This document shows, one piece after another, positions 31,704 through 41,738 of a DNA stretch of 64,000 bases. Below the pieces are notes generated by a model that saw nothing but the letters and a program-made list of their open reading frames with translations, ran no database searches and was not told the DNA's origin. The first letter of the stretch is position 1. Each line of letters begins with the position of its first letter. The stretch lies in the NCBI RefSeq assembly GCF_058153355.1, contig NZ_CM177019.1; one strand, 5' to 3'. A program made the position numbers and the translations under genes.

Positions 31704-32729
31704 TTATAAGAAAGTAATTACACCCTTAATCAACTCACGATTGTTAATCACATCGCGCTCATAGGTTTCTGCCAGCGTGGCGAACGGATAGCGATGGGTT
31801 AACATCATGTAGGCAGTGATTTTTCCTTCCGCCATCAGTCGACCGACTTTAGCGAAATCTTCCGGCGTGGCGTTGCGGCTGCCCATCATCGTCGTTTCTT
31901 TTTTATGGAATTCCGGATCGGAGAACTGCAACTCACCTTTAAACAGACCGACAAATACCACCGTGCCGCCGTGACGAATCAGATTCACGGTGTTATTCAT
32001 TGCATGTTGATTACCTGTCGCGTCGATCACTTTCTGCGCCAGCGAACCACCAAACTGCGCCCGCAGCTGCGCGTCAAAATCTTCGGCTGACGGGTCCAGC
32101 ACGGGCAACTCCAGACGCGTTGCCACATGTTCTCGGCGTGCCGGACTGGTATCCGCCACCACCACCTGTGCGCCATCAGCTTTAGCGATTGCCGCCGCGC
32201 CCAGACCGATTGGCCCCGCCCCGACCACCAGCACCTGCTCGCCGGGAGCAATGGCTGCACGACGCACCGCATGTGCGCTAATAGCGAAAGGTTCAATCAA
32301 TGCTGCCGCCTGCGGGTCAATACCGTCTGCGGGCAAAATGTTCGCCACCGGCACGCTCAAATACTCACTAAAACCACCATCCTGATGCACGCCAATAACT
32401 GAAATTTTTTCACAGCAATTGGTGCGACCGCTTTTACATGCCGGGCATTGCTGACAGGCAACATAAGGGATCACAGCAACTTGCTGACCATTTTTAAGAT
32501 CAGCAATATTTTTACCCAGCCCAACAATCTCCCCACATATTTCATGGCCTAAAACGCGTGGATAACTAAAAAATGGTTGATTTCCACCCCAGGCATGAAT
32601 ATCGGTACCGCAAATCCCGACAGACTTAATTTTTATTAATGCTTCATTGTCACCCGGAATAGGTATCTCGCGTTGTTTCCAGACTAATTCTTTCGGCTGC
32701 TGGCAAATTAAAACATTCATCGTAGACAT
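31704..32729 (-). CDS. lgoD: L-galactonate 5-dehydrogenase (Zn-dependent alcohol dehydrogenase family)
   Basis: GHEICGEI zinc motif and GxGxxG Rossmann motif; start at MSTMNVL assumed. Confidence 0.8.
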   Translation of the reverse strand: MSTMNVLICQQPKELVWKQREIPIPGDNEALIKIKSVGICGTDIHAWGGNQPFFSYPRVLGHEICGEIVGLGKNIADLKNGQQVAVIPYVACQQCPACKSGRTNCCEKISVIGVHQDGGFSEYLSVPVANILPADGIDPQAAALIEPFAISAHAVRRAAIAPGEQVLVVGAGPIGLGAAAIAKADGAQVVVADTSPARREHVATRLELPVLDPSAEDFDAQLRAQFGGSLAQKVIDATGNQHAMNNTVNLIRHGGTVVFVGLFKGELQFSDPEFHKKETTMMGSRNATPEDFAKVGRLMAEGKITAYMMLTHRYPFATLAETYERDVINNRELIKGVITFL

Positions 32730-32867
32730 GATTCGGCTCTCCATTTTTTGTTGCCTTAGATATCAATGAAAATGAAAAATGGCAGCGGAACGGAAAATCT
32801 GTTTTGTGAAAACACACGCATAAAAATGTTTTAAATCGGGTTTTAATGGACTCACAAGGAGGAAAAT

Positions 32868-33782
32868 ATGAGTCGCTCACAAAATTTACGCCACAATGTG
32901 ATTAACCAGGTCATTGATGATATGGCGCGAGGTCACATCCCTTCCCCACTTCCATCGCAAAGTGCGCTGGCGGAAATGTACAACATCAGCCGCACCACAG
33001 TGCGTCATATTCTCAGCCACTTACGCGAATGCGGCGTCTTGACGCAGGTTGGAAACGACTATGTTATTGCGCGTAAACCTGACCATGATGACGGTTTCGC
33101 CTGTACTACCGCTTCAATGAGTGAACAAAACAAAGTGTTTGAGCAGGCTTTTTTTACGATGATAAACCAGCGCCAGTTACGCCCAGGGGAAACTTTTTCT
33201 GAACTGCAACTGGCTCGGGCCGCGGGTGTCAGCCCGGTGGTTGTAAGAGAATATCTTTTAAAATTCGGTCGTTATAATCTTATTCAGAGCGAAAAGCGCG
33301 GCCAGTGGAGCATGAAGCAATTCGATCAATCCTACGCCGAGCAGCTGTTTGAGCTACGCGAAATGCTCGAAACGCATTCACTTCAGCACTTTCTCAACCT
33401 GCCTGATCATGATCCCCGCTGGCTGCAGGCGAAAACCATGCTCGAACGTCATCGACTACTGCGTGACAACATCGGCAATAGCTTTCGCATGTTCTCGCAA
33501 CTTGACAGAGATTTTCACTCCTTACTGCTTTCAGCTGCCGATAATATCTTTTTTGATCAATCGCTTGAGATCATCTCAGTCATCTTTCATTTTCACTATC
33601 AATGGGACGAAAGCGATCTTAAACAGCGCAATATCATTGCCGTCGATGAGCATATGACCATTCTCAGCGCTCTGATTTGCCGCAGTGACCTGGATGCCAC
33701 CCTTGCGCTCCGTAACCATTTGAATTCAGCTAAACAATCAATGATTCGATCCATTAATGAGAACACGCGTTATGCTCATTAA
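32868..33782 (+). CDS. lgoR: GntR/FadR-family regulator LgoR (YjjM)
   Basis: 304-aa ORF with N-terminal GntR HTH. Confidence 0.75.
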   Translation: MSRSQNLRHNVINQVIDDMARGHIPSPLPSQSALAEMYNISRTTVRHILSHLRECGVLTQVGNDYVIARKPDHDDGFACTTASMSEQNKVFEQAFFTMINQRQLRPGETFSELQLARAAGVSPVVVREYLLKFGRYNLIQSEKRGQWSMKQFDQSYAEQLFELREMLETHSLQHFLNLPDHDPRWLQAKTMLERHRLLRDNIGNSFRMFSQLDRDFHSLLLSAADNIFFDQSLEIISVIFHFHYQWDESDLKQRNIIAVDEHMTILSALICRSDLDATLALRNHLNSAKQSMIRSINENTRYAH

Positions 33783-33995
33783 GTACGGATTAAAAACAGC
33801 AAACTATTAGCGGGTGCACGGTTTTATCAAAAGATAAATACCGGAAAATTCCGCTTACCTATGCTCACAATCAGTCGACTAAAAATGTTTTTGTGAGCGG
33901 TAGTAAAGTCCTAAAACTTTTACCTGCCGTTAATGTCAACCTTGCGTAATGCACAATTACGTAAACAATTAAAATTATAAATACAGGAGTCCGGC

Positions 33996-35357
33996 GTGGA
34001 AAAAGAAAATATCACCCTCGATCCGCGTTCTTCATTTACTCCATCTTCGTCGGCAGATATTCCCGTGCCACCAGATGGATTAGTTCAACGCAGTACCCGA
34101 ATTAAACGCATTCAAACCACCGCCATGTTGTTATTATTTTTTGCGGCGGTAATCAATTATCTCGACCGCAGTTCACTGTCGGTAGCAAATTTAACGATTC
34201 GTGAAGAATTGGGATTAAGTGCCACCGAAATCGGCGCTTTGCTCTCCGTGTTTTCACTCGCTTACGGGATTGCGCAACTTCCTTGCGGCCCACTATTGGA
34301 TCGTAAAGGCCCGCGCCTGATGCTGGGACTGGGGATGTTCTTCTGGTCACTGTTCCAGGCAATGTCTGGCATGGTGCACAGCTTTACGCAGTTCGTGTTG
34401 GTGCGTATCGGTATGGGGATTGGTGAAGCGCCGATGAACCCATGCGGTGTAAAAGTCATTAACGACTGGTTCAACATCAAAGAGCGCGGACGCCCGATGG
34501 GCTTCTTCAACGCAGCTTCTACCATTGGCGTTGCCGTAAGCCCACCGATTCTGGCGGCGATGATGCTGGTGATGGGCTGGCGCGGGATGTTTATTACCAT
34601 TGGTGTACTGGGGATTTTTCTCGCCATTGGCTGGTATATGCTCTATCGCAACCGCGAGCACGTAGAACTGACTGCCGTTGAACAAGCCTATCTCAATGCC
34701 GGTAGCGTCAATGCCCGCCGTGATCCACTCAGTTTTGCTGAATGGCGCAGCCTGTTCCGTAACCGCACAATGTGGGGAATGATGCTCGGATTCAGTGGCA
34801 TCAATTACACTGCGTGGCTGTATCTGGCCTGGCTGCCAGGTTACCTGCAAACAGCCTATAATCTGGATTTAAAAAGCACCGGGTTGATGGCGGCTATCCC
34901 TTTCCTGTTTGGGGCTGCCGGGATGCTGGTCAATGGTTACGTTACCGACTGGCTGGTCAAAGGAGGAATGGCTCCGATTAAAAGCCGTAAGATCTGCATT
35001 ATTGCCGGGATGTTCTGTTCTGCCGCCTTTACGCTGGTAGTACCGCAAGCGACAACATCCATGACAGCGGTTCTGCTGATTGGCATGGCACTGTTCTGTA
35101 TTCACTTTGCTGGAACATCCTGCTGGGGATTGATCCACGTCGCTGTCGCTTCTCGCATGACTGCATCGGTGGGCAGTATCCAGAACTTTGCCAGCTTCAT
35201 CTGCGCCTCTTTCGCGCCGATCATTACTGGTTTTATTGTCGATACCACCCACTCATTCCGTCTGGCGCTAATCATCTGCGGTTGCGTCACCGCGGCGGGT
35301 GCACTGGCATACATCTTCCTGGTTCGTCAGCCGATCAACGACCCACGTAAAGATTAA
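33996..35357 (+). CDS. lgoT: MFS transporter LgoT (YjjL), putative L-galactonate permease
   Basis: 453-aa 12-TM-like ORF; synteny. Confidence 0.75.
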   Translation: MEKENITLDPRSSFTPSSSADIPVPPDGLVQRSTRIKRIQTTAMLLLFFAAVINYLDRSSLSVANLTIREELGLSATEIGALLSVFSLAYGIAQLPCGPLLDRKGPRLMLGLGMFFWSLFQAMSGMVHSFTQFVLVRIGMGIGEAPMNPCGVKVINDWFNIKERGRPMGFFNAASTIGVAVSPPILAAMMLVMGWRGMFITIGVLGIFLAIGWYMLYRNREHVELTAVEQAYLNAGSVNARRDPLSFAEWRSLFRNRTMWGMMLGFSGINYTAWLYLAWLPGYLQTAYNLDLKSTGLMAAIPFLFGAAGMLVNGYVTDWLVKGGMAPIKSRKICIIAGMFCSAAFTLVVPQATTSMTAVLLIGMALFCIHFAGTSCWGLIHVAVASRMTASVGSIQNFASFICASFAPIITGFIVDTTHSFRLALIICGCVTAAGALAYIFLVRQPINDPRKD

Positions 35358-35405
35358 TTTCCCTATGCCCGATAACATTTTGCTTATCGGGCATTTTTAT
35401 GGCGA

Positions 35406-37070
35406 TTAAAACGTTTCCCAGTTCTCTCCGCTATCTGCCACTGCCACTTTGCGCGGCGCAGATGGCGTCACAGTTTTTACTACTGCCGATGCTTCGCGCT
35501 GGCGTTGCTGCTCTTGCTGAATCCGGAACACTGCCACAGCTTCGGTCAGGCGACTGGCCTGCTCCTCCAGCGCGGCGGCGGCGGCGGCAGATTCTTCCAC
35601 CAGCGCGGCGTTTTGTTGGGTTACCCGGTCCATCTCAGCTACTGCTAAGCCAACCTGATCGATACCACGGCTCTGCTCATCAGAAGCCGAAGCAATTTCG
35701 CCCATAATGTCCGTCACGCGGGTCACAGCGCTGACAATCTCTGCCATGGTTTCCCCGGCGCTTTCGACCAGCGTAGAGCCAACATCCACTTTGCCCACCG
35801 AGTCTTCAATCAGGCTTTTAATTTCGCGAGCCGCCTGAGCGCTACGCTGGGCCAGATTACGCACTTCTCCCGCAACCACCGCAAAACCGCGCCCTTGCTC
35901 ACCCGCACGCGCTGCTTCAACCGCCGCGTTCAAAGCCAGAATATTGGTCTGGAAGGCAATGCCGTCAATTACGCTGATAATATCGGCGATTTTCTGCGAA
36001 CTGGTGGAGATATCGCGCATGGTCTGCACCACGTTATCCACCACTTTGCCGCCGCGTTGCGCCGTTTCGGAAGCACTTAACGCCAGGTGGCTGGCCTGAC
36101 GCGCATTTTCGGCGTTCTGCTTCACCGTTGCGGTCAGTTGCTCCATGCTGGCTGCCGTCTCTTCCAGCGAAGCGGCCTGTTGCTCGGTGCGCGAAGAAAG
36201 ATCGTTATTGCCGGTGGCGATTTCGCTGGCACCGCTATAGATAGCATTGGCCCCGTTGCGCACATCACCGACGGTACGCATCAGCTCTCCCTGCATATGG
36301 CGCAAACTCTCTGCCAGTTGCCCCATCTCATTAGAACCATCCACCTCAATCGGTTTCACCAGATCGCCACCTGCAATATGACGAATGCTGTCAATCAGGC
36401 GATTCATTGGCGCTACCAACGAGGCTTTAATACCGAACCAGACGGCGAAGATGACTGCCAGTACGACGATCATCACGCCCACCAGAATCCACATCGCCTG
36501 GCTGTAGGAGGCATTATTATCGCTGACGGCGATATCATAGAGCCGATCGTTTTGCTCCATGTAAGCCACATACTGCTTCTCGAAACCGTCCTGATATCCC
36601 TGAGTCGGCTGATCAAAGAATTCGTTGATTTTGCCTGCACCTAACAGTTGGATCAGTTCCGCCAGCGCATTGTGATAAATATCGTAATTACGTTTGATCT
36701 CTGCCGCTGCGGCGGTGCTCTGACGCGGGTCACGCGGCAATGCTTCGTAATCCGCCCAGTTTTTTTCCGCCTGTTTCAGCGAAATACTGGCACTCTGCAT
36801 CAGCTCGGCAACGGTTGAACCGCTACCAATATTGTTCTGATCCATCATGTAGCGGATCCCCGCGCGGTTGAGGGTGTTACGCGTCTGTAACAACGCGACC
36901 CAGCTGCCATTCAGCGTGGATTGCTGCTGGCGAATGGTTTGTAAAACAGTGAAATTTTCTTTGTCATTCTTTAAGGCATTAAAGAACAGACCGCCTGATG
37001 TCAGTTGTAAAAGGCCAAAAACGGCCAAAACCAGCAGTAAGCTGGTCACGATCTTGATACGTTTTAACAT
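35406..37070 (-). CDS. tsr: Methyl-accepting chemotaxis protein I (serine chemoreceptor)
   Basis: 551 aa from MLKRIKIV; conserved MCP signalling domain and C-terminal NWETF pentapeptide. Confidence 0.9.
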   Translation of the reverse strand: MLKRIKIVTSLLLVLAVFGLLQLTSGGLFFNALKNDKENFTVLQTIRQQQSTLNGSWVALLQTRNTLNRAGIRYMMDQNNIGSGSTVAELMQSASISLKQAEKNWADYEALPRDPRQSTAAAAEIKRNYDIYHNALAELIQLLGAGKINEFFDQPTQGYQDGFEKQYVAYMEQNDRLYDIAVSDNNASYSQAMWILVGVMIVVLAVIFAVWFGIKASLVAPMNRLIDSIRHIAGGDLVKPIEVDGSNEMGQLAESLRHMQGELMRTVGDVRNGANAIYSGASEIATGNNDLSSRTEQQAASLEETAASMEQLTATVKQNAENARQASHLALSASETAQRGGKVVDNVVQTMRDISTSSQKIADIISVIDGIAFQTNILALNAAVEAARAGEQGRGFAVVAGEVRNLAQRSAQAAREIKSLIEDSVGKVDVGSTLVESAGETMAEIVSAVTRVTDIMGEIASASDEQSRGIDQVGLAVAEMDRVTQQNAALVEESAAAAAALEEQASRLTEAVAVFRIQQEQQRQREASAVVKTVTPSAPRKVAVADSGENWETF

Positions 37071-37102
37071 GGTTTCTCTTTCCACTAGACAGATACACTG
37101 GT

Positions 37103-37128
37103 TGTCGGCCTGGTGGTGGAAAACTTTA
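37103..37128 (-). promoter_or_regulatory. Sigma-28 (FliA) class 3 promoter of tsr
   Basis: Minus-strand TAAAGTTT-N11-GCCGACAA matches the TAAAGTTT-N11-GCCGATAA consensus. Confidence 0.7.
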
Positions 37129-37251
37129 TGCTGTGGAAAAGCGTCGGCACTGCTTTTGTTGCAGCAAACTTGCGTTTTTTGTGAGGGTCACACTCTATAG
37201 CGGCAGTTTATGGTACAAAGTATCAATCTTCTTCGAACCAGTGATACTCCC

Positions 37252-38115
37252 ATGGCTTATAGCATCGATATCATCTCCTGTATTACCGAACGGTTTATGG
37301 CGTTAACCGCCACTGAAAAGCGTATCGCACAATTTATTCTTGATGACGTCTCTGCCGCAGTAGAGTTGCCAATTGCTGAGCTGGCACGGTTAACGCAAAC
37401 CAGTCAGGCGTCGGTGACGCGTTTTGCCCGTGCTCTGGGGTGCAAAGATGTCCGCGAGTTGAAAGTCAAACTGGCGCAGTCACTGGCTGTCGGGCAGCGG
37501 TTTATTCTCGATGTACCGGATCTTGACGGTGTTCAGGGGATCTACGAAGCGATTATTAGCGTGCTGGAAACGCATCGTCGTTCGCTGGATATGAATGCCA
37601 TCAGCCAGGCTGTAAGCTGGTTAAGTCAGGCGCGGCAAATTCTTGCGTTAGGAACTGGCGGCGGTTCCACTATCTGTTCACAGGAGATTCAGTACCGTTT
37701 ATTCCGTCTGGGGCTACCGGTGGTCAGTCAGAATGATGCCCTGATGATGAGAATGATGTGCTCGGCAGTGATGCCGCAGGATGTGGTGATTGTGCTGTCG
37801 CTGGGCGGTTATACACCGGAAATCATCGAAAGTGCGGCAATCGCCCGTCAGTATGGCGCGCGTGTTATTGCCATTACGCCAGCACAAACACCGCTGGCAG
37901 AACAGGTAGATCTGGTATTGCCGTTACTGGTTCAGGAGAGTGATTACATTTTTAAGCCCACCCCTTCCCGCTACGCGATGTTAGCCATGGTCGATGTACT
38001 GGCAACAGAACTGGCAATGGCAAATAAAGCGCAGGCGAAAGATCGCCTGCGGCGGATAAAACTGGTGTTAGACAGCCACCGTGGGGGCGCTAACCGCCAG
38101 CCACTTGGCGATTAG
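37252..38115 (+). CDS. RpiR/MurR-family transcriptional regulator (HTH + SIS domain)
   Basis: N-terminal HTH region and C-terminal SIS-like region; start at MAYSID assumed. Confidence 0.7.
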   Translation: MAYSIDIISCITERFMALTATEKRIAQFILDDVSAAVELPIAELARLTQTSQASVTRFARALGCKDVRELKVKLAQSLAVGQRFILDVPDLDGVQGIYEAIISVLETHRRSLDMNAISQAVSWLSQARQILALGTGGGSTICSQEIQYRLFRLGLPVVSQNDALMMRMMCSAVMPQDVVIVLSLGGYTPEIIESAAIARQYGARVIAITPAQTPLAEQVDLVLPLLVQESDYIFKPTPSRYAMLAMVDVLATELAMANKAQAKDRLRRIKLVLDSHRGGANRQPLGD

Positions 38116-38124
38116 CATTGTCGG

Positions 38125-39594
38125 TTATGCTTCTTCAGGTTTGGTGATCACGACACTCTGGTTTTCACGCTCATTGGTGATAATAGCCAAAGCTTCTTCC
38201 CGGCTGACCTGACTTGCTGGCGTTACCAACGTCACCAGTACGCCAGCGACCAGGCTGCCCAGCACTGACGGAATACACGGGTTACCCCAGTAAGCCAGCC
38301 AGTCGGCATTCATCAGCACCACAATTGACATCACCATACCGCTCACTAACGCCGCCAGCGCGCCCTGCCAGTTAAAGCGTAGCCAGAAGCGACCGAGAAT
38401 CGAGCAGATAAACAGCCCGGACATCAGCATCGAAATCATTTTGGTAATGTAGCTGATGATGTCATTAGAGGTCAGAGCAAAGACCAGCGCCAGGCCAATA
38501 ACAAAGGTCAACATCCAGCGTGAGTAAGTAATGGCCTTGTCCTCCGGCGGCATTCTGCCGGTAATCATGGTGTAGACGTCGCGCATCATAATCGCCACCG
38601 CCGCGATGGCATCGGAGCTGGCGGAAGACATGGTGGCTGAAAGCCCGGCAATCAGCACCACCAGCCCAAGAATGGCAGGTAAGAAACTGGTCGCGAACAA
38701 GAAGGCGTAGTTGCTGTTTTCCAGATTTGGGTTCATGGTGAACGCCGCCATGCCGATAATGGCAGGCAGAATCGAGAAGAACAGATACAACACGCCAGTA
38801 ATAACAAATGAACGCCGTACAGAGGGAACGTCTTTTCCCGAGTAAATACGCTGGCGATAAGACGGTGTTGCCAGCACACCTACGCCAATAACCAGTGCCA
38901 GCGAAAGCGCAGGCAGCACGCCCATTTTATCAATCGCAAACAGGCTCATCGCTTTTGGGTCCATCGCCTGCTCAATCGCACTCCAGCCGCCAACGTGAAC
39001 AACGGCAAGAATAGCCATTAATATAAAGCCAAAGAACAGAATTAGGGCCTGAATAGTATCTGTCCACACTACCGCCGAATAACCGCCGATAATAACGTAA
39101 ATCGCAAAGGCCAAAGCGATAATTAATTTTGCTACAGTAAGATCAATACCCGTCGCCCAGGCAAGATACATACTGCCACCTAATATATGCGCTCCCAGCC
39201 AGCCAATAGAGGCAATAAATATCATCAGGCCGACAATATTTTTAATTAAATGGCTGCCGCCAGTATAATAAGATATTTCTTCACTCATGGTCATAAAACG
39301 TAATTTACGTACCGGTGCAAACAGCCACGCCACCAGTAATATACCTACGGCCCCACCGACGCCATAAAGCATTCCGGCCCAGCCATTGCTGTAGCCAAAG
39401 CCCACTGCGCCCATACTGGAACCCGTGCCAACCATCGTGGCAACGGTTGACCCCAGCGTCAGAAACAGCGGCAGCGAACGCCCGCCCAGCAGAAAATCTT
39501 CTCCGCTTTTCTGATTACGAGAAACAAACCAACCAAGCCAAATCATGGCGATGGCATAAATAATAAAGCCGACTAAAAAGATATGACTGTTCAT
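38125..39594 (-). CDS. Sodium:solute symporter family transporter
   Basis: 489-aa polytopic membrane ORF with SSF-like N-terminus. Confidence 0.7.
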   Translation of the reverse strand: MNSHIFLVGFIIYAIAMIWLGWFVSRNQKSGEDFLLGGRSLPLFLTLGSTVATMVGTGSSMGAVGFGYSNGWAGMLYGVGGAVGILLVAWLFAPVRKLRFMTMSEEISYYTGGSHLIKNIVGLMIFIASIGWLGAHILGGSMYLAWATGIDLTVAKLIIALAFAIYVIIGGYSAVVWTDTIQALILFFGFILMAILAVVHVGGWSAIEQAMDPKAMSLFAIDKMGVLPALSLALVIGVGVLATPSYRQRIYSGKDVPSVRRSFVITGVLYLFFSILPAIIGMAAFTMNPNLENSNYAFLFATSFLPAILGLVVLIAGLSATMSSASSDAIAAVAIMMRDVYTMITGRMPPEDKAITYSRWMLTFVIGLALVFALTSNDIISYITKMISMLMSGLFICSILGRFWLRFNWQGALAALVSGMVMSIVVLMNADWLAYWGNPCIPSVLGSLVAGVLVTLVTPASQVSREEALAIITNERENQSVVITKPEEA

Positions 39595-39696
39595 AATTCA
39601 CATCCTGCCAGTAGAGAGAAATTAATGTAAGAGTTCCCGGAGTGCTGAATGTATTCAGCACTCAATTGCGGTCTGTTTTTTTAATTCTTAAATTTA

Positions 39697-40092
39697 TTAG
39701 CGGGTCGCGTTATAACAGGTCACATCGACTTCGACTTTACAATCGACAACCAGATCAGCCACACAACAAATACGTGCAGGCGGATTCTCGCCAAAAAATT
39801 CTCTGAATACTTTATTAAATGACTGGAAATAGCGGGCGTCGGTCAGGATCACTTTCACGTGAACCACATCCGCCAGGCTATAACCGGCTTCAGTCATGAT
39901 GTCGACACAGTTTTGGATCGCCAGTCGTGACTGTTCAACGATTCCGCCTTCTACCACTTCACCGTTTTTCATGGGTGTTTGCCCGGAGACGTACAGCCAG
40001 CCGCCCGCCTCAACCGCCCTGGCAAAAGGCAAATGCTGCCCGCCAGTGCCTGTTCCACCTTCCGTACCGTAACGTTTAATGCTCATATTCAC
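39697..40092 (-). CDS. RidA/YjgF-family enamine/imine deaminase
   Basis: 131-aa ORF; family from recollection of RidA-type sequences. Confidence 0.65.
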   Translation of the reverse strand: MNMSIKRYGTEGGTGTGGQHLPFARAVEAGGWLYVSGQTPMKNGEVVEGGIVEQSRLAIQNCVDIMTEAGYSLADVVHVKVILTDARYFQSFNKVFREFFGENPPARICCVADLVVDCKVEVDVTCYNATR

Positions 40093-40095
40093 TCC

Positions 40096-41547
40096 TTAAT
40101 GTGAGGTCTGCCGGCGCAGGAAGCGTCCCGCACGGCCTGTAATGTGTTTATCGCGACCATAGCTCATAACGCCGTTCACCATCACCGCCTCAATGCCATC
40201 TGCCGGGCGTTTGGGATCAGAAAAGCTGGCAACATCACGAATGGTTTGTGGATCGAACAACACCAGGTCCGCAAAATAGCCAACTTTCACCAGTCCACGC
40301 TGGGGCAGGCGAAAACGGCTGGCAGAAAGCCCGGTCATTTTGTGGATAGCCGTGGTCAGTGGGAATAAGCCTTCATCACGGCAATAGTGGCCCAGCACGC
40401 GAGGGAAGGCGCCCCATAAACGTGGATGCGGCATGGGATCATTGGGCAGGCCGTCAGAGCCAATCATACTGACCGGATAACTCAACACTCGGCGGACGTC
40501 GCGCTCGTCCATGTTGTAATAGATAGCCCCGGCAGGCATTAGCAGCTTCGCGGCCTCCAGCATACTCATCTGCCAGTCGATGGCGATTTGCGCCAGTGTT
40601 TTCCCGGCCTGCTGCGGATGTGTTTGTGACCAGGTGATCACAATATCGAATTCGTCGGTGACTTGTTTGAGATCCAGCGTTGAAGAGCTGGCTGAGTAAG
40701 GGTAGACATCGCAGCCAATTTCCTGGTGTTGACGCATTTGGTCAAAAAAAGCCAATGTTTCTTTTGTCCGCCCCCAGTTTTTCGCCCCGGCGCATTTATG
40801 GTGGGAAACCACGATAGGCACTTTGCCATGACGCCCAATACGAAACGCCTCATCCAGGGCATCGAGAATCGGTTCAAATTCAGAACGCAGATGGGTGGTA
40901 TAAACGCCCTTCTCACCGGCTAATTCTTCCGCCAGCGCCATGACTTCTTCGGTAGTCGCCTGAAATGCCGTTGCATAGGCCAGCCCGGAACTTAACCCCA
41001 GCGCCCCCTGACTCAACGCCAGACGTAAGTCGGCACGCATAGCGGCAATTTCATCCACCGTCGCCGGGCGAAACAGGTCGTCCATATGGTTATTACGCAG
41101 CGCCGTATGACCAATCAGCGTGCCAACGTTCAGTGACGGCCTGGCTGCTTCCACTGCCTGGGCATAGCTTTCAACGGTGGGATAAATAAAGTGCTCTGCT
41201 TCCCCCAACAGATTCATCGGGTCAGGAACTTCACCTTTCATTTTCGCCGACGCCGCACTAATCCCGCAGTTACCGACAATCACCGTAGTGATCCCCTGGC
41301 TGATCTTTGGCAGATATTCCGGGATGCGAATAACGTTGATATCGTCATGGGTATGAACGTCGATAAACCCTGGTGCCAGCACCCGCCCTTCCCCGTCAAT
41401 GACCTGCTGCGCCGTAACGTTAAGCGCAGGGGCAATATCGACAATCCGATCACCTGTTATTGCCACGTCACCGCGAAATTCAGGGCCGCCGCTACCGTCG
41501 ATAACGGTCACATTTTTGATTAACCAGTCAACCTGCATGTTCGTCAC
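40096..41547 (-). CDS. N-acyl-D-amino-acid deacylase (D-aminoacylase, amidohydrolase superfamily)
   Basis: GFIDVHTHDD metal-binding motif near N-terminus; 483 aa. Confidence 0.7.
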   Translation of the reverse strand: MTNMQVDWLIKNVTVIDGSGGPEFRGDVAITGDRIVDIAPALNVTAQQVIDGEGRVLAPGFIDVHTHDDINVIRIPEYLPKISQGITTVIVGNCGISAASAKMKGEVPDPMNLLGEAEHFIYPTVESYAQAVEAARPSLNVGTLIGHTALRNNHMDDLFRPATVDEIAAMRADLRLALSQGALGLSSGLAYATAFQATTEEVMALAEELAGEKGVYTTHLRSEFEPILDALDEAFRIGRHGKVPIVVSHHKCAGAKNWGRTKETLAFFDQMRQHQEIGCDVYPYSASSSTLDLKQVTDEFDIVITWSQTHPQQAGKTLAQIAIDWQMSMLEAAKLLMPAGAIYYNMDERDVRRVLSYPVSMIGSDGLPNDPMPHPRLWGAFPRVLGHYCRDEGLFPLTTAIHKMTGLSASRFRLPQRGLVKVGYFADLVLFDPQTIRDVASFSDPKRPADGIEAVMVNGVMSYGRDKHITGRAGRFLRRQTSH

Positions 41548-41671
41548 TCCATTTCTGCAATGGTGACAAGTTAACCATTTACAAGGACGAAAAACAGTGG
41601 AAAACTACGCAAAACCCAGATGATTTTATGATACTTTTATTCATAAACTATAAGATAAATAAACTAAATAT

Positions 41672-41698
41672 TTATATTTCATTTAGTTACAAATGATA
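41672..41698. promoter_or_regulatory. Inverted repeat AACTAAAT-N11-ATTTAGTT in divergent promoter region, candidate regulator binding site
   Basis: Perfect 8-bp inverted repeat seen in sequence between the divergent D-aminoacylase and DSD1 genes. Confidence 0.3.
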
Positions 41699-41738
41699 CC
41701 CATATCCGATACGGTGAAAAACTTAAAAGGTAAATGTT

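Noticed and set aside
36087-36644. 185-aa plus-strand ORF
   Set aside because: Antisense within tsr; no RBS; composition not protein-like
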